Assembly (NCBI GenBank): GCA_029863805.1
Contig: JAOTUR010000002.1
Coordinates: 1-49,569, forward strand
Reading direction: 5' to 3'
Length of the DNA: 49,569 nt
DNA from: Candidatus Krumholzibacteriia bacterium
Lineage (GTDB): Bacteria; Krumholzibacteriota; Krumholzibacteriia; WVZY01
Position numbers and translations under genes: made by a program. Every line of letters begins with the position of its first letter. Positions within the stretch are counted from its first letter, which is position 1. The notes beneath the pieces are model-generated. The model was given only the letters and a program-made list of their open reading frames with translations, was not told the origin of the DNA and searched no databases. Below are positions 37,917 to 47,447 of the stretch, piece by piece.

Positions 37917-39079
37917 TGATAGCTGGTGGAGGAACTGGCGGACACGTTTACCCCGGTATCGCGATATATGAGGCCTTCAAGCGGTGTGGTCACGGCGTGG
38001 ATGTGCTGTTCGTTGGCGCCAAGTCAGGGGTTGAAGGTCAAATTCTTGATGATCTCCAACTCCCTCACGTGCTCTTGGCGGGCAGTGGTGTACGTGGTGC
38101 ATCGGTGATATCAAAGTTGACCAGCCCCTTCGTTTTTCTTGCGAGCATCGTGCGAGGGATAAGGGAGATAATCTCCTTCAAGCCGGATGTCGTTATCGGC
38201 ACCGGGGGCTACGCCAGCGTGGCTGTTGTTGTGGCTTCTGTCGTGTGTGGCAAGAAGCGAGTCCTGCAGGAGCAAAACAGCGTGCCGGGTCTCGCCAATC
38301 GTCTGCTGTCGCGGTTCGCCCATCTCGTGTTGCTTTCTTATCAGGAATCTCGCGCGTATTTTGGGAATTCAGTCCCCTGCGCTGTAGTTGGCAACCCGCT
38401 TCGATTCAAGCCGGATAAGGACCGTGATACGGCGCTCAAGTTTCTGGATTTGAAGGACAATGTGCACACTGTGCTGGTGTTTGGCGGGAGTCGGGGCGCC
38501 CACACCATCAACAAGGCGGCGTGCTCGGCGGTGGCGCGAATCCTTGCCAAGCGCGAGGTGCAGTTCGTGTTTTTGACGGGCGCACAAGACTATGACCGTG
38601 TCCGTAACCAGATGAAAGAATATGGGCCGTACGTTCGTGTCTATCCCTTCCTCGAGCAGATGCAACACGCCTATGCCGTGTCGGATATCGCGGTTTCGAG
38701 AGCCGGCGCTTCGGCAGTATTTGAGCTGGCGTCGTTTGGAATCCCTTCGATATTCGTGCCCTACCCGTACGCGGCCGACGACCATCAGAAGCGTAATATC
38801 TCGGAGCTGGTTGAACGGAAGGCCGCGATCGTCATTGACAATGATAAGGTCGATGGCGAGGCGCTCGAGAAACTGATTGTGTCATTGCTCGACGACAGCA
38901 CCGGACGTAGGGAAATTTCAGAAAGAATGCGAGGCTGGTCGAAGACCGACGCGGACGTCCTGGCTTCATCGAAGATCGCCGAGCTCGTGTCCCTGAAGTT
39001 CATCTACGCCGAAACGGGACCGGCAAGATCATCAGACTCATCAAGAGACTCGACAGTATCTGATAGTTGGGCGGTTTAG
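37907..39079 (+). CDS. murG: Lipid II GlcNAc transferase
   Basis: ATG 37907 after GGAG gives MRVMIAGGGTGGH. Motifs GTGGYAS, EQNSVPG.AN, GNP, GGSRGA, SRAGAS and DDHQ..N. Confidence 0.95.
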   Translation: MRVMIAGGGTGGHVYPGIAIYEAFKRCGHGVDVLFVGAKSGVEGQILDDLQLPHVLLAGSGVRGASVISKLTSPFVFLASIVRGIREIISFKPDVVIGTGGYASVAVVVASVVCGKKRVLQEQNSVPGLANRLLSRFAHLVLLSYQESRAYFGNSVPCAVVGNPLRFKPDKDRDTALKFLDLKDNVHTVLVFGGSRGAHTINKAACSAVARILAKREVQFVFLTGAQDYDRVRNQMKEYGPYVRVYPFLEQMQHAYAVSDIAVSRAGASAVFELASFGIPSIFVPYPYAADDHQKRNISELVERKAAIVIDNDKVDGEALEKLIVSLLDDSTGRREISERMRGWSKTDADVLASSKIAELVSLKFIYAETGPARSSDSSRDSTVSDSWAV

Positions 39080-39081
39080 AC

Positions 39082-40470
39082 GTGGTTTTTCTGGGTAGAA
39101 CCAAGCGAATTCATTTTGTGGGCATTGGCGGTATCGGTATGAGTGGAATCGCCGAGGTCTTGCTGAATTTAGGTTTCGAGGTGTCCGGCTCAGATCTGAA
39201 ACGGTCTGACATTACCGACAACCTCATGCGACTCGGCGCAGTTATTCATGACGCACACGAGCCGGCCAACGTCGATGATGTGGACGTGGTCGTGTACTCG
39301 AGTGCGGTTAATGCCACCAACCCGGAACTGGTCGCAGCCAAGACCAATGCGGTACCCACCATTCCGCGAACTGAGATGCTTGCGGAACTGATGAGGCTCA
39401 AGTTTGCGGTGACGGTAGCTGGGTCACACGGGAAAACAACTACCACATCACTGATATCGTCGGTTCTCGCGGACGGCGGCCTGGATCCCACCGTCGTTGT
39501 TGGGGGAAAGCTGAAGGCCATTGGCAGCAATGCGCGCTTGGGCGATAGCCGTTACATCGTAGCCGAAGCCGATGAGAGCGATGGCAAGTTTGTTCAGTTA
39601 CCATCGAGTATCGCAGTGATCACAAACATTGATTTGGAGCACCTGGATTTTTATTCCGATCTGGAAGCGATAAAAGATGCGTTTGTCGAGTACGCGACGC
39701 GTGTTCCGTTCTACGGTTCGGTCGTCCTTTGCGTCGACGATCCCAACGTGCGTTCCATCGTGCCTCGTATCAGAAAGCGAAAAGTGTCCTATTCGCTTGG
39801 CGGCGATGCCGACGTGCAAGGCCAGATCGTGAGCAAGGACGCGAGTGGCTGGCTCTTCGAGGTTCTCCATCTTAACAAGGTCCTCGGCAAGATTCGAATC
39901 GAGTTTCCAGGGGAACACTATGTCAGAAATACACTTGCAGCCATAGCCGTTGGGCTGGAACTAGATCTTTCTTTTGCAGCGATAAAAAGTGGCGTCGAGT
40001 CTTTCACCGGAGTAGGACGCCGTTTTGAAGTCAAAGGCACGTCATCGGGCATAACGGTGGTCGATGACTACGGCCATCATCCAACGGAGATCGCGGTTAC
40101 GATTCGAGCGGCAAAGGAGAGTTTTGATCGGCGTCTCATAGTGTTCTTCCAGCCACATCGGTTCACCCGTACTCAAGCGCTTGCCGATCAGTTTGCCAAA
40201 TGTTTCGAGGGGGCCCAAATCGTCTTTATGACCGATATTTATCCTGCCGGTGAGGATCCGATCCCCGGCGTATCGACCGATATGCTGGCCGAGAAGGTGA
40301 GGAAATCCGGCACGATCGAGGTTCATCACGCGGCCTCGTTTGAAGCGATGGTCGATGCAGCTATGCCGCAGCTCAAGGAGGGGGATCTCGTACTCACGTT
40401 GGGGGCGGGCGATATCTATCGTGCGGGCGAACTTCTTCTCCGCCACCTGGCGAAGGTTGGCAAACGATGA
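39082..40470 (+). CDS. murC: UDP-MurNAc:L-Ala ligase
   Basis: HFVGIGGIGMSG, GSHGKTTTT, EADESD, DDYGHHPTE and FQPHRFTRT. Start is GTG 39082 or TTG 39067. Confidence 0.96.
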   Translation: MVFLGRTKRIHFVGIGGIGMSGIAEVLLNLGFEVSGSDLKRSDITDNLMRLGAVIHDAHEPANVDDVDVVVYSSAVNATNPELVAAKTNAVPTIPRTEMLAELMRLKFAVTVAGSHGKTTTTSLISSVLADGGLDPTVVVGGKLKAIGSNARLGDSRYIVAEADESDGKFVQLPSSIAVITNIDLEHLDFYSDLEAIKDAFVEYATRVPFYGSVVLCVDDPNVRSIVPRIRKRKVSYSLGGDADVQGQIVSKDASGWLFEVLHLNKVLGKIRIEFPGEHYVRNTLAAIAVGLELDLSFAAIKSGVESFTGVGRRFEVKGTSSGITVVDDYGHHPTEIAVTIRAAKESFDRRLIVFFQPHRFTRTQALADQFAKCFEGAQIVFMTDIYPAGEDPIPGVSTDMLAEKVRKSGTIEVHHAASFEAMVDAAMPQLKEGDLVLTLGAGDIYRAGELLLRHLAKVGKR

Positions 40471-41399
40471 TGGGTTCCGTCACAGAGGTGGTTGCAGTGG
40501 ATTACTCCCAGGTTGAGAAGGAGCTACGAAAGACCTGCCCCAGAGGTGTACGTGTCGACGAACCGATGTCCAAGCACACGACGATCGGCGCTGGGGGCAC
40601 GGTGCGCTTTCTTGCGGTACCGCAAAACGTATCCGAACTGGTGGCGGTGGTCAGAACGGCGCTCAAATACGATGTGGACTACCTCGCAATCGGCCGAGGA
40701 TCGAACCTGCTGGTTCGCGACGGGGGTTTCAACGGTTTGGCCATAAAGGTGGCGAACAATCTCGCAAACCTGCGTCTGTATAAGCGGACAGCCTACGCGG
40801 AAGCGGGTGCTTCGTTTACGCGCCTGGGTAGAATCCTTACCAGACATGGCCGTCCGCATTTCGAGTTTGCGATCGGTATCCCCGGCTCGGTTGGTGGTGC
40901 GGTGCGTATGAATGCCGGTGCATACGGATCCGAACTCTCGCGCGTCTTAAAAAGCACGAAGATCATAACCACCGATGGGCGCATCACGATTCTCAAACCC
41001 GAGCAGTTAGCGTTCCGTTATCGTGGCAGCTCGTTGCCCCGGAGGGCGATCGTGATCTCCTCGATCTTCTGGTGTCCACCGGGTGAAGTGGATCAGGCGG
41101 TACTCAAACAAGCTTTGAGCCGAAAGGACACGCAGCCGATCGCCGATCGCAGTTTTGGTAGCACCTTCAAGAACCCACCTGGGAGTTTTGCAGCTCAAAT
41201 GATTGATAGGTGTGGTTTGAAAGGGATGCGACGTGGTGGAGCTATGATCTCGAAAAAACACGCCAATTTCGTCATAAATGTAGGGGATAACACGAAGGTG
41301 AGTGATATCGAAAGCCTCATGGAATTCGTGATTGCACGGGTAAAGGATCGCTTTGGCGTTACTCTAGAACCGGAGGTGATCATAATTGGGAATCCATAG
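40467..41399 (+). CDS. murB: UDP-GlcNAc-enolpyruvate reductase
   Basis: GRGSNLL, GIPGSVGGAVRMNAGAYG, YR.S, GSTFKNP, KHANF and LEPEV. Confidence 0.95.
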   Translation: MMGSVTEVVAVDYSQVEKELRKTCPRGVRVDEPMSKHTTIGAGGTVRFLAVPQNVSELVAVVRTALKYDVDYLAIGRGSNLLVRDGGFNGLAIKVANNLANLRLYKRTAYAEAGASFTRLGRILTRHGRPHFEFAIGIPGSVGGAVRMNAGAYGSELSRVLKSTKIITTDGRITILKPEQLAFRYRGSSLPRRAIVISSIFWCPPGEVDQAVLKQALSRKDTQPIADRSFGSTFKNPPGSFAAQMIDRCGLKGMRRGGAMISKKHANFVINVGDNTKVSDIESLMEFVIARVKDRFGVTLEPEVIIIGNP

Positions 41400-42156
41400 G
41401 ACCAAACAGCAGCGTAGGCAGGCGGTCAGGGCATTAATCATTCGATTGGTTACCTCGGCGACGCTTGCGACGATGATTGTGGCCTGTTTCCACGCCTACA
41501 ACTTCTTGACGACGACCGAAAAACTGGCGATCAGCGAAGTCGATTTTCAAGGGTTAAGCCGGCTCAATACCACCGAGATCGAAGAAATTGTCGGGGATAT
41601 CAAGGGGCAAAACATTCTTCTTGTGCCATTGCAGAGTTATGCGGCACGATTTGCCGAGCATCCGCGAATCAGGAGCACCGAGTTCAGACGTGTCCTGCCA
41701 AACAGGGTGATTTGCGAAGTCACCGAGCGAGAACCCGTCGCGCTGGTTTACTCGAGCAGGTTTCTCGAGGTTGATGAAGAGGGGATGATCATGAACTCCG
41801 ACGATCTGACGGGTCTTCTCGACCTGCCCATTATAACGGGCGTCGAGGGGGGGGCGATCAAGGAAGGCAAGCTATGCGCCGATGCGCAGCTGGTAGGAGC
41901 GTTACGAACCCTGATGTTGTGCAAGCGATTTGGTGGTCGCTTCGCGGACAATATTTCCGAATTGAGGGTGGGCGAAGCTGGATTAAGCATTGTCTCCTTA
42001 CGCGAGGGCGTGGTATTGCTGCTTGGGCAATCGGAGTTTGAGAACCGGTTGAAAAAATTCTTCTTGCTTCAAAATACGATTGCCAGAAAAAATGATTCAG
42101 CCAAGTTTATCGATCTGCGCTTTGACGACCAAATCGTCCTTCGAAGCGGAATCTAG
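41386..42156 (+). CDS. ftsQ: Cell division protein FtsQ/DivIB
   Basis: N-terminal TM, POTRA-like region, RRVLPN....VTEREP.A, LPIITG and IDLRF. Sits before ftsA. Confidence 0.85.
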   Translation: MGIHRTKQQRRQAVRALIIRLVTSATLATMIVACFHAYNFLTTTEKLAISEVDFQGLSRLNTTEIEEIVGDIKGQNILLVPLQSYAARFAEHPRIRSTEFRRVLPNRVICEVTEREPVALVYSSRFLEVDEEGMIMNSDDLTGLLDLPIITGVEGGAIKEGKLCADAQLVGALRTLMLCKRFGGRFADNISELRVGEAGLSIVSLREGVVLLLGQSEFENRLKKFFLLQNTIARKNDSAKFIDLRFDDQIVLRSGI

Positions 42157-42175
42157 CCCGAGAGAGGTGCGAATC

Positions 42176-43408
42176 GTGAAGAATGATACGCAACTGGTTG
42201 GAAGCCTTGACATGGGCACGACAAAGGTCTCCGCGATGCTTGGTGAAAGGCACGGAGACGGAATAAGGATCATTGGACTGGGCACGACCGCGGCGGAAGG
42301 CCTCAAGCAGGGTGTCGTCGTGGACATCGAAAAGGCAAGCCGGTCCGTTACAAACGCCGTCATTGAAGCGGAAAAAATGGCTGGCGTGTCAATCCGACGA
42401 TACAACGTGGGCGTGGCGGGCGAGCACATCCTCAGTATGAACAGTCGCGGAGTTGTGGGCATCCCGGACCCGGACAACGAGATTAGCCGCGACGATGTCG
42501 GTCGATCACTACGCGCGGCGGCCAATTTCGCACTGCCCAACGACCGTGAGATTCTTCATACCCTGCCTCAAGGGTTCATCATCGATAACCAGGAGGGCAT
42601 TCGCGAACCTTTCGGTATGTACGGGACACGGCTCGAGGCGAGGGCCCATGTTGTAACCGCGTCGCGTGCGGCACTCGATAATATCTCGAAGTCGCTCGAA
42701 AACTGTCGTCTCGAAATTGGAGACCTAGTTCTAGAGCCTTTGGCCTCGAGCAGGGCGGTTGTGGCCGAGGATGAGCGCGAAATCGGCGTGATGGTGATCG
42801 ACATAGGCGGGGGCACGACCGATGTGATGATTCACCATGATGTAGGGGTTGTGGCGAGTGGTGTGATCGGTATCGGCGGCAACAACATCACCAGCGATAT
42901 TGCGTACGGACTCCGCACCGCGATGAAAACCGCCGAAAGCATCAAAATAGAGCATGGCTGCGCGCTCTCCAGCTTGGTATCGGCGAATGATGATATTGAT
43001 GTTGCAGGCATTGGCTTTCGAGAGGAACGAAAGGTGGGGAAACAGTTCTTGGCCGGAATTATCGAACCACGGGTCACCGAGCTGTTCTGCTTGATAAACG
43101 AGCAAATCACCAAGAGTCACTACAAAAAATCGCTGGGAGCAGGAGCGGTGCTGACGGGTGGATCGTCGATGCTCGCGGGGACGAGGGAGCTGGCGGAACA
43201 GATTTTTGATTTACCCGTGCGAATTGGATCGCCGTTAGCGGTCGATGGACTCGCCGAAGTCGTCAGTCATCCGAAGTACTCGACGGGAGTCGGCTTGCTA
43301 CTTTACGACGGCATTCTGGGTGGCCCAAGGCTGGGGAGAGAATCGTCAGGAAATTGGTGGAGGCAGTCGTTCAACCAACTTCGGAAGGCAATAGCAAGTT
43401 TTATTTAG
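42176..43408 (+). CDS. ftsA: Cell division protein FtsA
   Basis: [40 protein letters not shown] and [11 protein letters not shown] 42176 after GAGAGG. Confidence 0.95.
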   Translation: MKNDTQLVGSLDMGTTKVSAMLGERHGDGIRIIGLGTTAAEGLKQGVVVDIEKASRSVTNAVIEAEKMAGVSIRRYNVGVAGEHILSMNSRGVVGIPDPDNEISRDDVGRSLRAAANFALPNDREILHTLPQGFIIDNQEGIREPFGMYGTRLEARAHVVTASRAALDNISKSLENCRLEIGDLVLEPLASSRAVVAEDEREIGVMVIDIGGGTTDVMIHHDVGVVASGVIGIGGNNITSDIAYGLRTAMKTAESIKIEHGCALSSLVSANDDIDVAGIGFREERKVGKQFLAGIIEPRVTELFCLINEQITKSHYKKSLGAGAVLTGGSSMLAGTRELAEQIFDLPVRIGSPLAVDGLAEVVSHPKYSTGVGLLLYDGILGGPRLGRESSGNWWRQSFNQLRKAIASFI

Positions 43409-43428
43409 GCGAAGAAAGGAGCACGAAC

Positions 43429-44592
43429 ATGCGTTTTCAACTCGATGAAGAAAAGCGGCTCACAGTCCTGAAGGTCGTGGGAGTTGGTGGTGCGGGTGGC
43501 AACGCTGTCAACAGGATGGTGAGTGCGGGCTTTAACGGCGTGGACTTTACCGCGCTAAACACCGATCTCCAGGTCCTTAGGGGTTCCGAGGCGCACCAGC
43601 GTATCCAGATTGGCGCCAAAATAACCCGGGGACTCGGTTCGGGGGGTGACCCTCGCATCGGCGCGAAAGCTGCCGAGGAGAGCCGAGAGGTTCTCAAGGA
43701 GTGCCTGCAAGGCGCCGACATGGTTTTTCTGACCGCGGGTATGGGAGGCGGCACCGGTACCGGCGCATCGCCGATCGTTGCGTCCATCGCGCGTGAAACT
43801 GGAGCGCTGACAGTGGGCATAGTGAGCCGGCCTTTCTTCTTTGAGGGCGATCAACGCATTGCGCAGGCAGAGGAGGGAATCGAGGAGCTGAAGCGAGAAG
43901 TAGACACGTTGCTTGTCATCCCAAACGACAAGCTGCTGGCGATCACAGAAGAGAACACGCCGCTGCTGGAAGCCTTCTCAATGGCTGATGAGGTGCTTTG
44001 CAACGCGACGCGTGGCATCTCGGACCTCATTACCGAGACCGGTGTGGTCAACCTCGATTTTGCGGATGTCAGGAGCGTTATGAGCAATGGGGGCGACGCC
44101 ATCATGGGCACCGGAGTCAGCAATGGCAAGAACGGTGCTGAGGAAGCCGCCAACACGGCGATCGCGAGTCCGCTGCTGGATAACATTTCGATCAGAGGTG
44201 CGAGCGGTATCCTGGTAAACATCACCGGGTCGAAATCGCTTAGCCTCCAGCAGGTGAGTAAGGCAGCGACGATAATCAACAAGGAAGCGGGACCGGGAGC
44301 GCATGTTTTTCTGGGAGCGGTGATCGACGAAAAGATGGCGAACGATGAGATGAGAGTTACCGTGATCGCAACGGGTTACGACAGCGTACCGGCAGTGAAG
44401 CAGGAAGAGGCTACGGCTAAGAAGGAGATCAACTTCACAGAATTGTTGAGCAGTGATCAGCGGGTTGTTGAGTTGCACCCGGAGCCTCGAGAAGAAAAGG
44501 AAGAAACGGTCGTGACCGACAGCGGCTCCATCCGCACGTTCAACAAAGATGATTTTAGAATCCCGACTTTTGTGCGTAAGCAGATGGACTAG
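43429..44592 (+). CDS. ftsZ: Cell division protein FtsZ
   Basis: [24 protein letters not shown] and C-terminal [13 protein letters not shown] 43429 after AAGGAG. Confidence 0.98.
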   Translation: MRFQLDEEKRLTVLKVVGVGGAGGNAVNRMVSAGFNGVDFTALNTDLQVLRGSEAHQRIQIGAKITRGLGSGGDPRIGAKAAEESREVLKECLQGADMVFLTAGMGGGTGTGASPIVASIARETGALTVGIVSRPFFFEGDQRIAQAEEGIEELKREVDTLLVIPNDKLLAITEENTPLLEAFSMADEVLCNATRGISDLITETGVVNLDFADVRSVMSNGGDAIMGTGVSNGKNGAEEAANTAIASPLLDNISIRGASGILVNITGSKSLSLQQVSKAATIINKEAGPGAHVFLGAVIDEKMANDEMRVTVIATGYDSVPAVKQEEATAKKEINFTELLSSDQRVVELHPEPREEKEETVVTDSGSIRTFNKDDFRIPTFVRKQMD

Positions 44593-44596
44593 AGCG

Positions 44597-44752
44597 GGGA
44601 GCTGAGCAACCCCTCTTGGGACTTTTCGAAATCGGGTCGCGGGAGTATCCCGGAAGACAGAAGGATTCCCGCAGAAGCGTATCCGATTTCTTGGACCGAG
44701 AGCACAGGAAGAGGAATAGTTTTAGTCCATGATAATCAGCGCAACAGCTTCC
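44597..44752 (+). other. Predicted long irregular RNA stem-loop downstream of ftsZ
   Basis: Nested pairings: 44597-604/44745-752, 44613-619/44696-702, 44628-637/44681-690, 44639-644/44667-672 and 44647-650/44663-666. G-U wobbles favour the + strand. Confidence 0.45.
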
Positions 44753-44945
44753 GGAGAACCCTTCTATTTCAAGTGTAGTTACAAAAGTGACGAATGTCAA
44801 CTTTGGGTGCTAAAGAGATCGAAAAAAACTCCTACGGTTAACAGTCCCGTGGGGTTATCTGATTTTATGACTTCGGAATACAGACTGGCGTGCTGAACGC
44901 CATTTTAGTGGATCGTTTAAGAGCGGTGGGCGACCGACGGCGAGG

Positions 44946-45137
44946 CTAAACGACTTTTCTGATCTTGCCTGACCGAATGCATGAGGTGCAGACGTACGCC
45001 GTACGTACCCTGCCATCGAGTTCAAACGTGATCTTCTGAAGATTGGGGAGCCACCGCCGCTTGTTCAAATTGTGCGCGTGACTCACCGTGTTCCCTGCCA
45101 TGGGTCCCTTGTTACAAACCTCACATCTCCGACTCAT
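44946..45137 (-). CDS. rpmB: 50S ribosomal protein L28 (Cys-containing, Zn-type)
   Basis: [10 protein letters not shown]...GNTVSHAHN...RRWLPNLQ...[18 protein letters not shown] upstream on the minus strand. Confidence 0.97.
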   Translation of the reverse strand: MSRRCEVCNKGPMAGNTVSHAHNLNKRRWLPNLQKITFELDGRVRTAYVCTSCIRSGKIRKVV

Positions 45138-45165
45138 TCTATAGACCTCCTAAAAAATTTCACCT

Positions 45166-45194
45166 AAGATAACAGAAGTTGCATTCGAAAGCAA
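45166..45194 (-). promoter_or_regulatory. sigma70 promoter of rpmB
   Basis: Minus strand: TTGCTT, 17-nt spacer ending TGT, TATCTT (extended -10). Confidence 0.6.
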
Positions 45195-45204
45195 GGAGTA
45201 CTCG

Positions 45205-47301
45205 TTGGCCGATCCGTACAGCAGACGTCGCTCGTTGGCAGATTACTGCCAGTATCTAAAAGGGGTTGGGCCGGTCCGGGCCCAACGCCTGCTCAAGCTG
45301 GGCATCGAGAACGTAAACGATCTCCTTACCCATTTTCCTCGCAAATACTACGATCGTCGTAACCTGAATAAAATAAATAGCTTAAGCTTGGATGATGATG
45401 TGAGCTTTCTGGGTCAGGTGCTGTCGGTGGCACAGCGAACGCTGCGGGGACGCAAATCGATCATCACTGCCGCCGTGGGGGACGACACCGGTATCGTGCA
45501 AGTGGTCTGGTTCAACCAGCCGTACCTCATGAAGCACCTGAAGCCGGGTGGCGAGCTTATAATAACCGGCGAGCTGCGTTACTTCCAGGGAGCCAGGCAA
45601 GTTGTCAATCCAGAGTTCGAAGTGGTGGGCGACGCGCTGGACCAAGAACTGGTACATACTGGGAGGATCACCCCTGTGTACCCGTTAACCGCTGGAGTTT
45701 CACAACGCTACCTGCGGGATCTAATAGCCAGAGCGCTTGCCGACTACCTCGAGGTGATTCCAGAGAATCTGCCGCCGGCGATCTTTCAATGCCGCCATTT
45801 GATGAGTCGAGCAGAGGCGTTGCGCGGAATTCACTTTCCGGAAGATTGGGAGCATTTCAAACAAGCGCGGTGGAGGCTAAAGCTGGAGGAGCTTTTCTTC
45901 ATGCAGTTGATTTTCTCTTTACAGCGGCGAACTCGCTCACATATGCGGAGCCGACCACGTATCAATATCGACTTTATGCTGGAGAAGAAGCTCGTTGAGT
46001 CGCTTGCTTTCGAGCTGACCGGCGCACAGTTGGAAGTTCTGCAGGACATCCATTCGGATCTTACCAGCAAGCGGGGTATGCACCGGCTGCTGCAGGGTGA
46101 TGTGGGGTGTGGGAAAACCATCGTTGCGGCTGCGACGCTTCTCGCGGCCGTCGAAGCCGGACACCAGGCCGCGTTAATGGTTCCCACCGAGATACTGGCG
46201 CTGCAACACGCTCAAACTCTCTCTCGCTCATTTGAAAGGCTGGCAGTTCCCGTCACGCTGCTCATCGGATCGTTGAAAGCAGGTGACAAACGTCTCGTAC
46301 GGTCGCAAATCGCTGACGGCACTGCACGGGTGGTCGTCGGTACGCACGCGCTGATTCAGGAAGACGTGAGCTTCAAGGCGCTCGGCGTAGTCGTCATCGA
46401 CGAACAACACCGTTTCGGAGTGAGGCAACGCGCGGCGTTGCTGGGCAAGGATGCAAACCCGCACATGTTGGTGATGACCGCCACGCCGATCCCCCGGACC
46501 TTGGCGCTGACCGCCTACGCAGATCTAGACCTATCGGTTATCGACGAAATGCCCGCCAGTCGGGCTCCCGTCAAGACTCGTATCGTTACACCCGAAAAGC
46601 GCAGGGCGATGTACGATTTTATCCGTGCCCAACTCGAACAAGGAACCCAGGCTTATTTTCTATACCCGGTCATCGAGGAGACTCAGAAACAGGACCTGGA
46701 AGCGGCCGCGTCTGCATTCGAGGAGCTTTCGCAAGAGATCTTTGATGGAGTAGCCATGGGGCTCATCCACGGGCGAATGTCCTTCGCCGAAAAAGAGCAG
46801 GTGATGAGGGATTTCTCGTCTGGAGCGATCAAGCTGCTGGTTGCGACCACGGTGATCGAGGTCGGGGTTCACGTACCCGAGGCGACGATTATGGTCGTTC
46901 ACCATCCGGAACGGTTTGGTCTCTCCCAGCTGCACCAGTTGAGGGGGCGTGTAGGTCGTGGGGGTAAGCCGGGGTATTGTTTCCTGTCGGTCGTCGAAGA
47001 TTCGTCGTATCAGTCCAGGCAGAGACTAAAAGTGTTCACGCGCGTAACAGACGGATTCAAAATAGCCGCAGAGGATCTAAAAATCCGCGGGCCGGGTGAG
47101 TTCTTCGGTCTCAGACAACACGGTGTGCCGGGTCTAAAGATAGCGAATCCCGTGTTGGACCAGGACATCGTCGAAATTGCCCGCGGCCAAGTCAAAGGCC
47201 TGCTCGATGCTGATGCGAGGCTGGAGAGCGCCGAGGCGGCCCCTTGTCGCCGTTTTCTCGAGGAACTCGAGCTCGACGCCTTCGGTCGCACAATCAGCTG
47301 A
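45205..47301 (+). CDS. recG: ATP-dependent DNA helicase RecG
   Basis: LKGVGP, LLQGDVGCGKT, PTEILA.QH, DEQHRFG, MTATPIPR, QLHQLRGRVGRG and DLKIRGPGE. TTG start after AAGGAG. Confidence 0.97.
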   Translation: MADPYSRRRSLADYCQYLKGVGPVRAQRLLKLGIENVNDLLTHFPRKYYDRRNLNKINSLSLDDDVSFLGQVLSVAQRTLRGRKSIITAAVGDDTGIVQVVWFNQPYLMKHLKPGGELIITGELRYFQGARQVVNPEFEVVGDALDQELVHTGRITPVYPLTAGVSQRYLRDLIARALADYLEVIPENLPPAIFQCRHLMSRAEALRGIHFPEDWEHFKQARWRLKLEELFFMQLIFSLQRRTRSHMRSRPRINIDFMLEKKLVESLAFELTGAQLEVLQDIHSDLTSKRGMHRLLQGDVGCGKTIVAAATLLAAVEAGHQAALMVPTEILALQHAQTLSRSFERLAVPVTLLIGSLKAGDKRLVRSQIADGTARVVVGTHALIQEDVSFKALGVVVIDEQHRFGVRQRAALLGKDANPHMLVMTATPIPRTLALTAYADLDLSVIDEMPASRAPVKTRIVTPEKRRAMYDFIRAQLEQGTQAYFLYPVIEETQKQDLEAAASAFEELSQEIFDGVAMGLIHGRMSFAEKEQVMRDFSSGAIKLLVATTVIEVGVHVPEATIMVVHHPERFGLSQLHQLRGRVGRGGKPGYCFLSVVEDSSYQSRQRLKVFTRVTDGFKIAAEDLKIRGPGEFFGLRQHGVPGLKIANPVLDQDIVEIARGQVKGLLDADARLESAEAAPCRRFLEELELDAFGRTIS

Positions 47302-47314
47302 CATGGGCGGTCTT

Positions 47315-47332
47315 TTGGCGTAATTGTTGCAT
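47315..47332 (+). promoter_or_regulatory. Candidate sigma54 (-24/-12) promoter
   Basis: TTGGCGTAATTGTTGCAT: GG(47317-18)-N10-GC(47329-30) with TTGCA. Intergenic, about 115 bp upstream of the ATG at 47448. Confidence 0.6.
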
Positions 47333-47447
47333 ACTTGCCACGACAACGTTAGGAACGCAATCACGATCCGGATGTCGTTGCGTAATAAAGCGCTTACGTG
47401 CAATATTGCCTTTTTTGCCTTGTCGGGTTGAGACGAGGGGTCTACCC

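Noticed and set aside
44640-44675. CCGGAAG in the hairpin suggested SRP (4.5S) RNA
   Set aside because: The flanking conserved CAGG and AGCAG elements of SRP domain IV are absent.
44729-44896. 55-codon + strand ORF (MIISATASGEPFYFKC...) in the ftsZ-rpmB gap
   Set aside because: The purine-rich stretch is poorly spaced as an RBS and no motif is recognisable. Cannot be supported without ribosome profiling or conservation.
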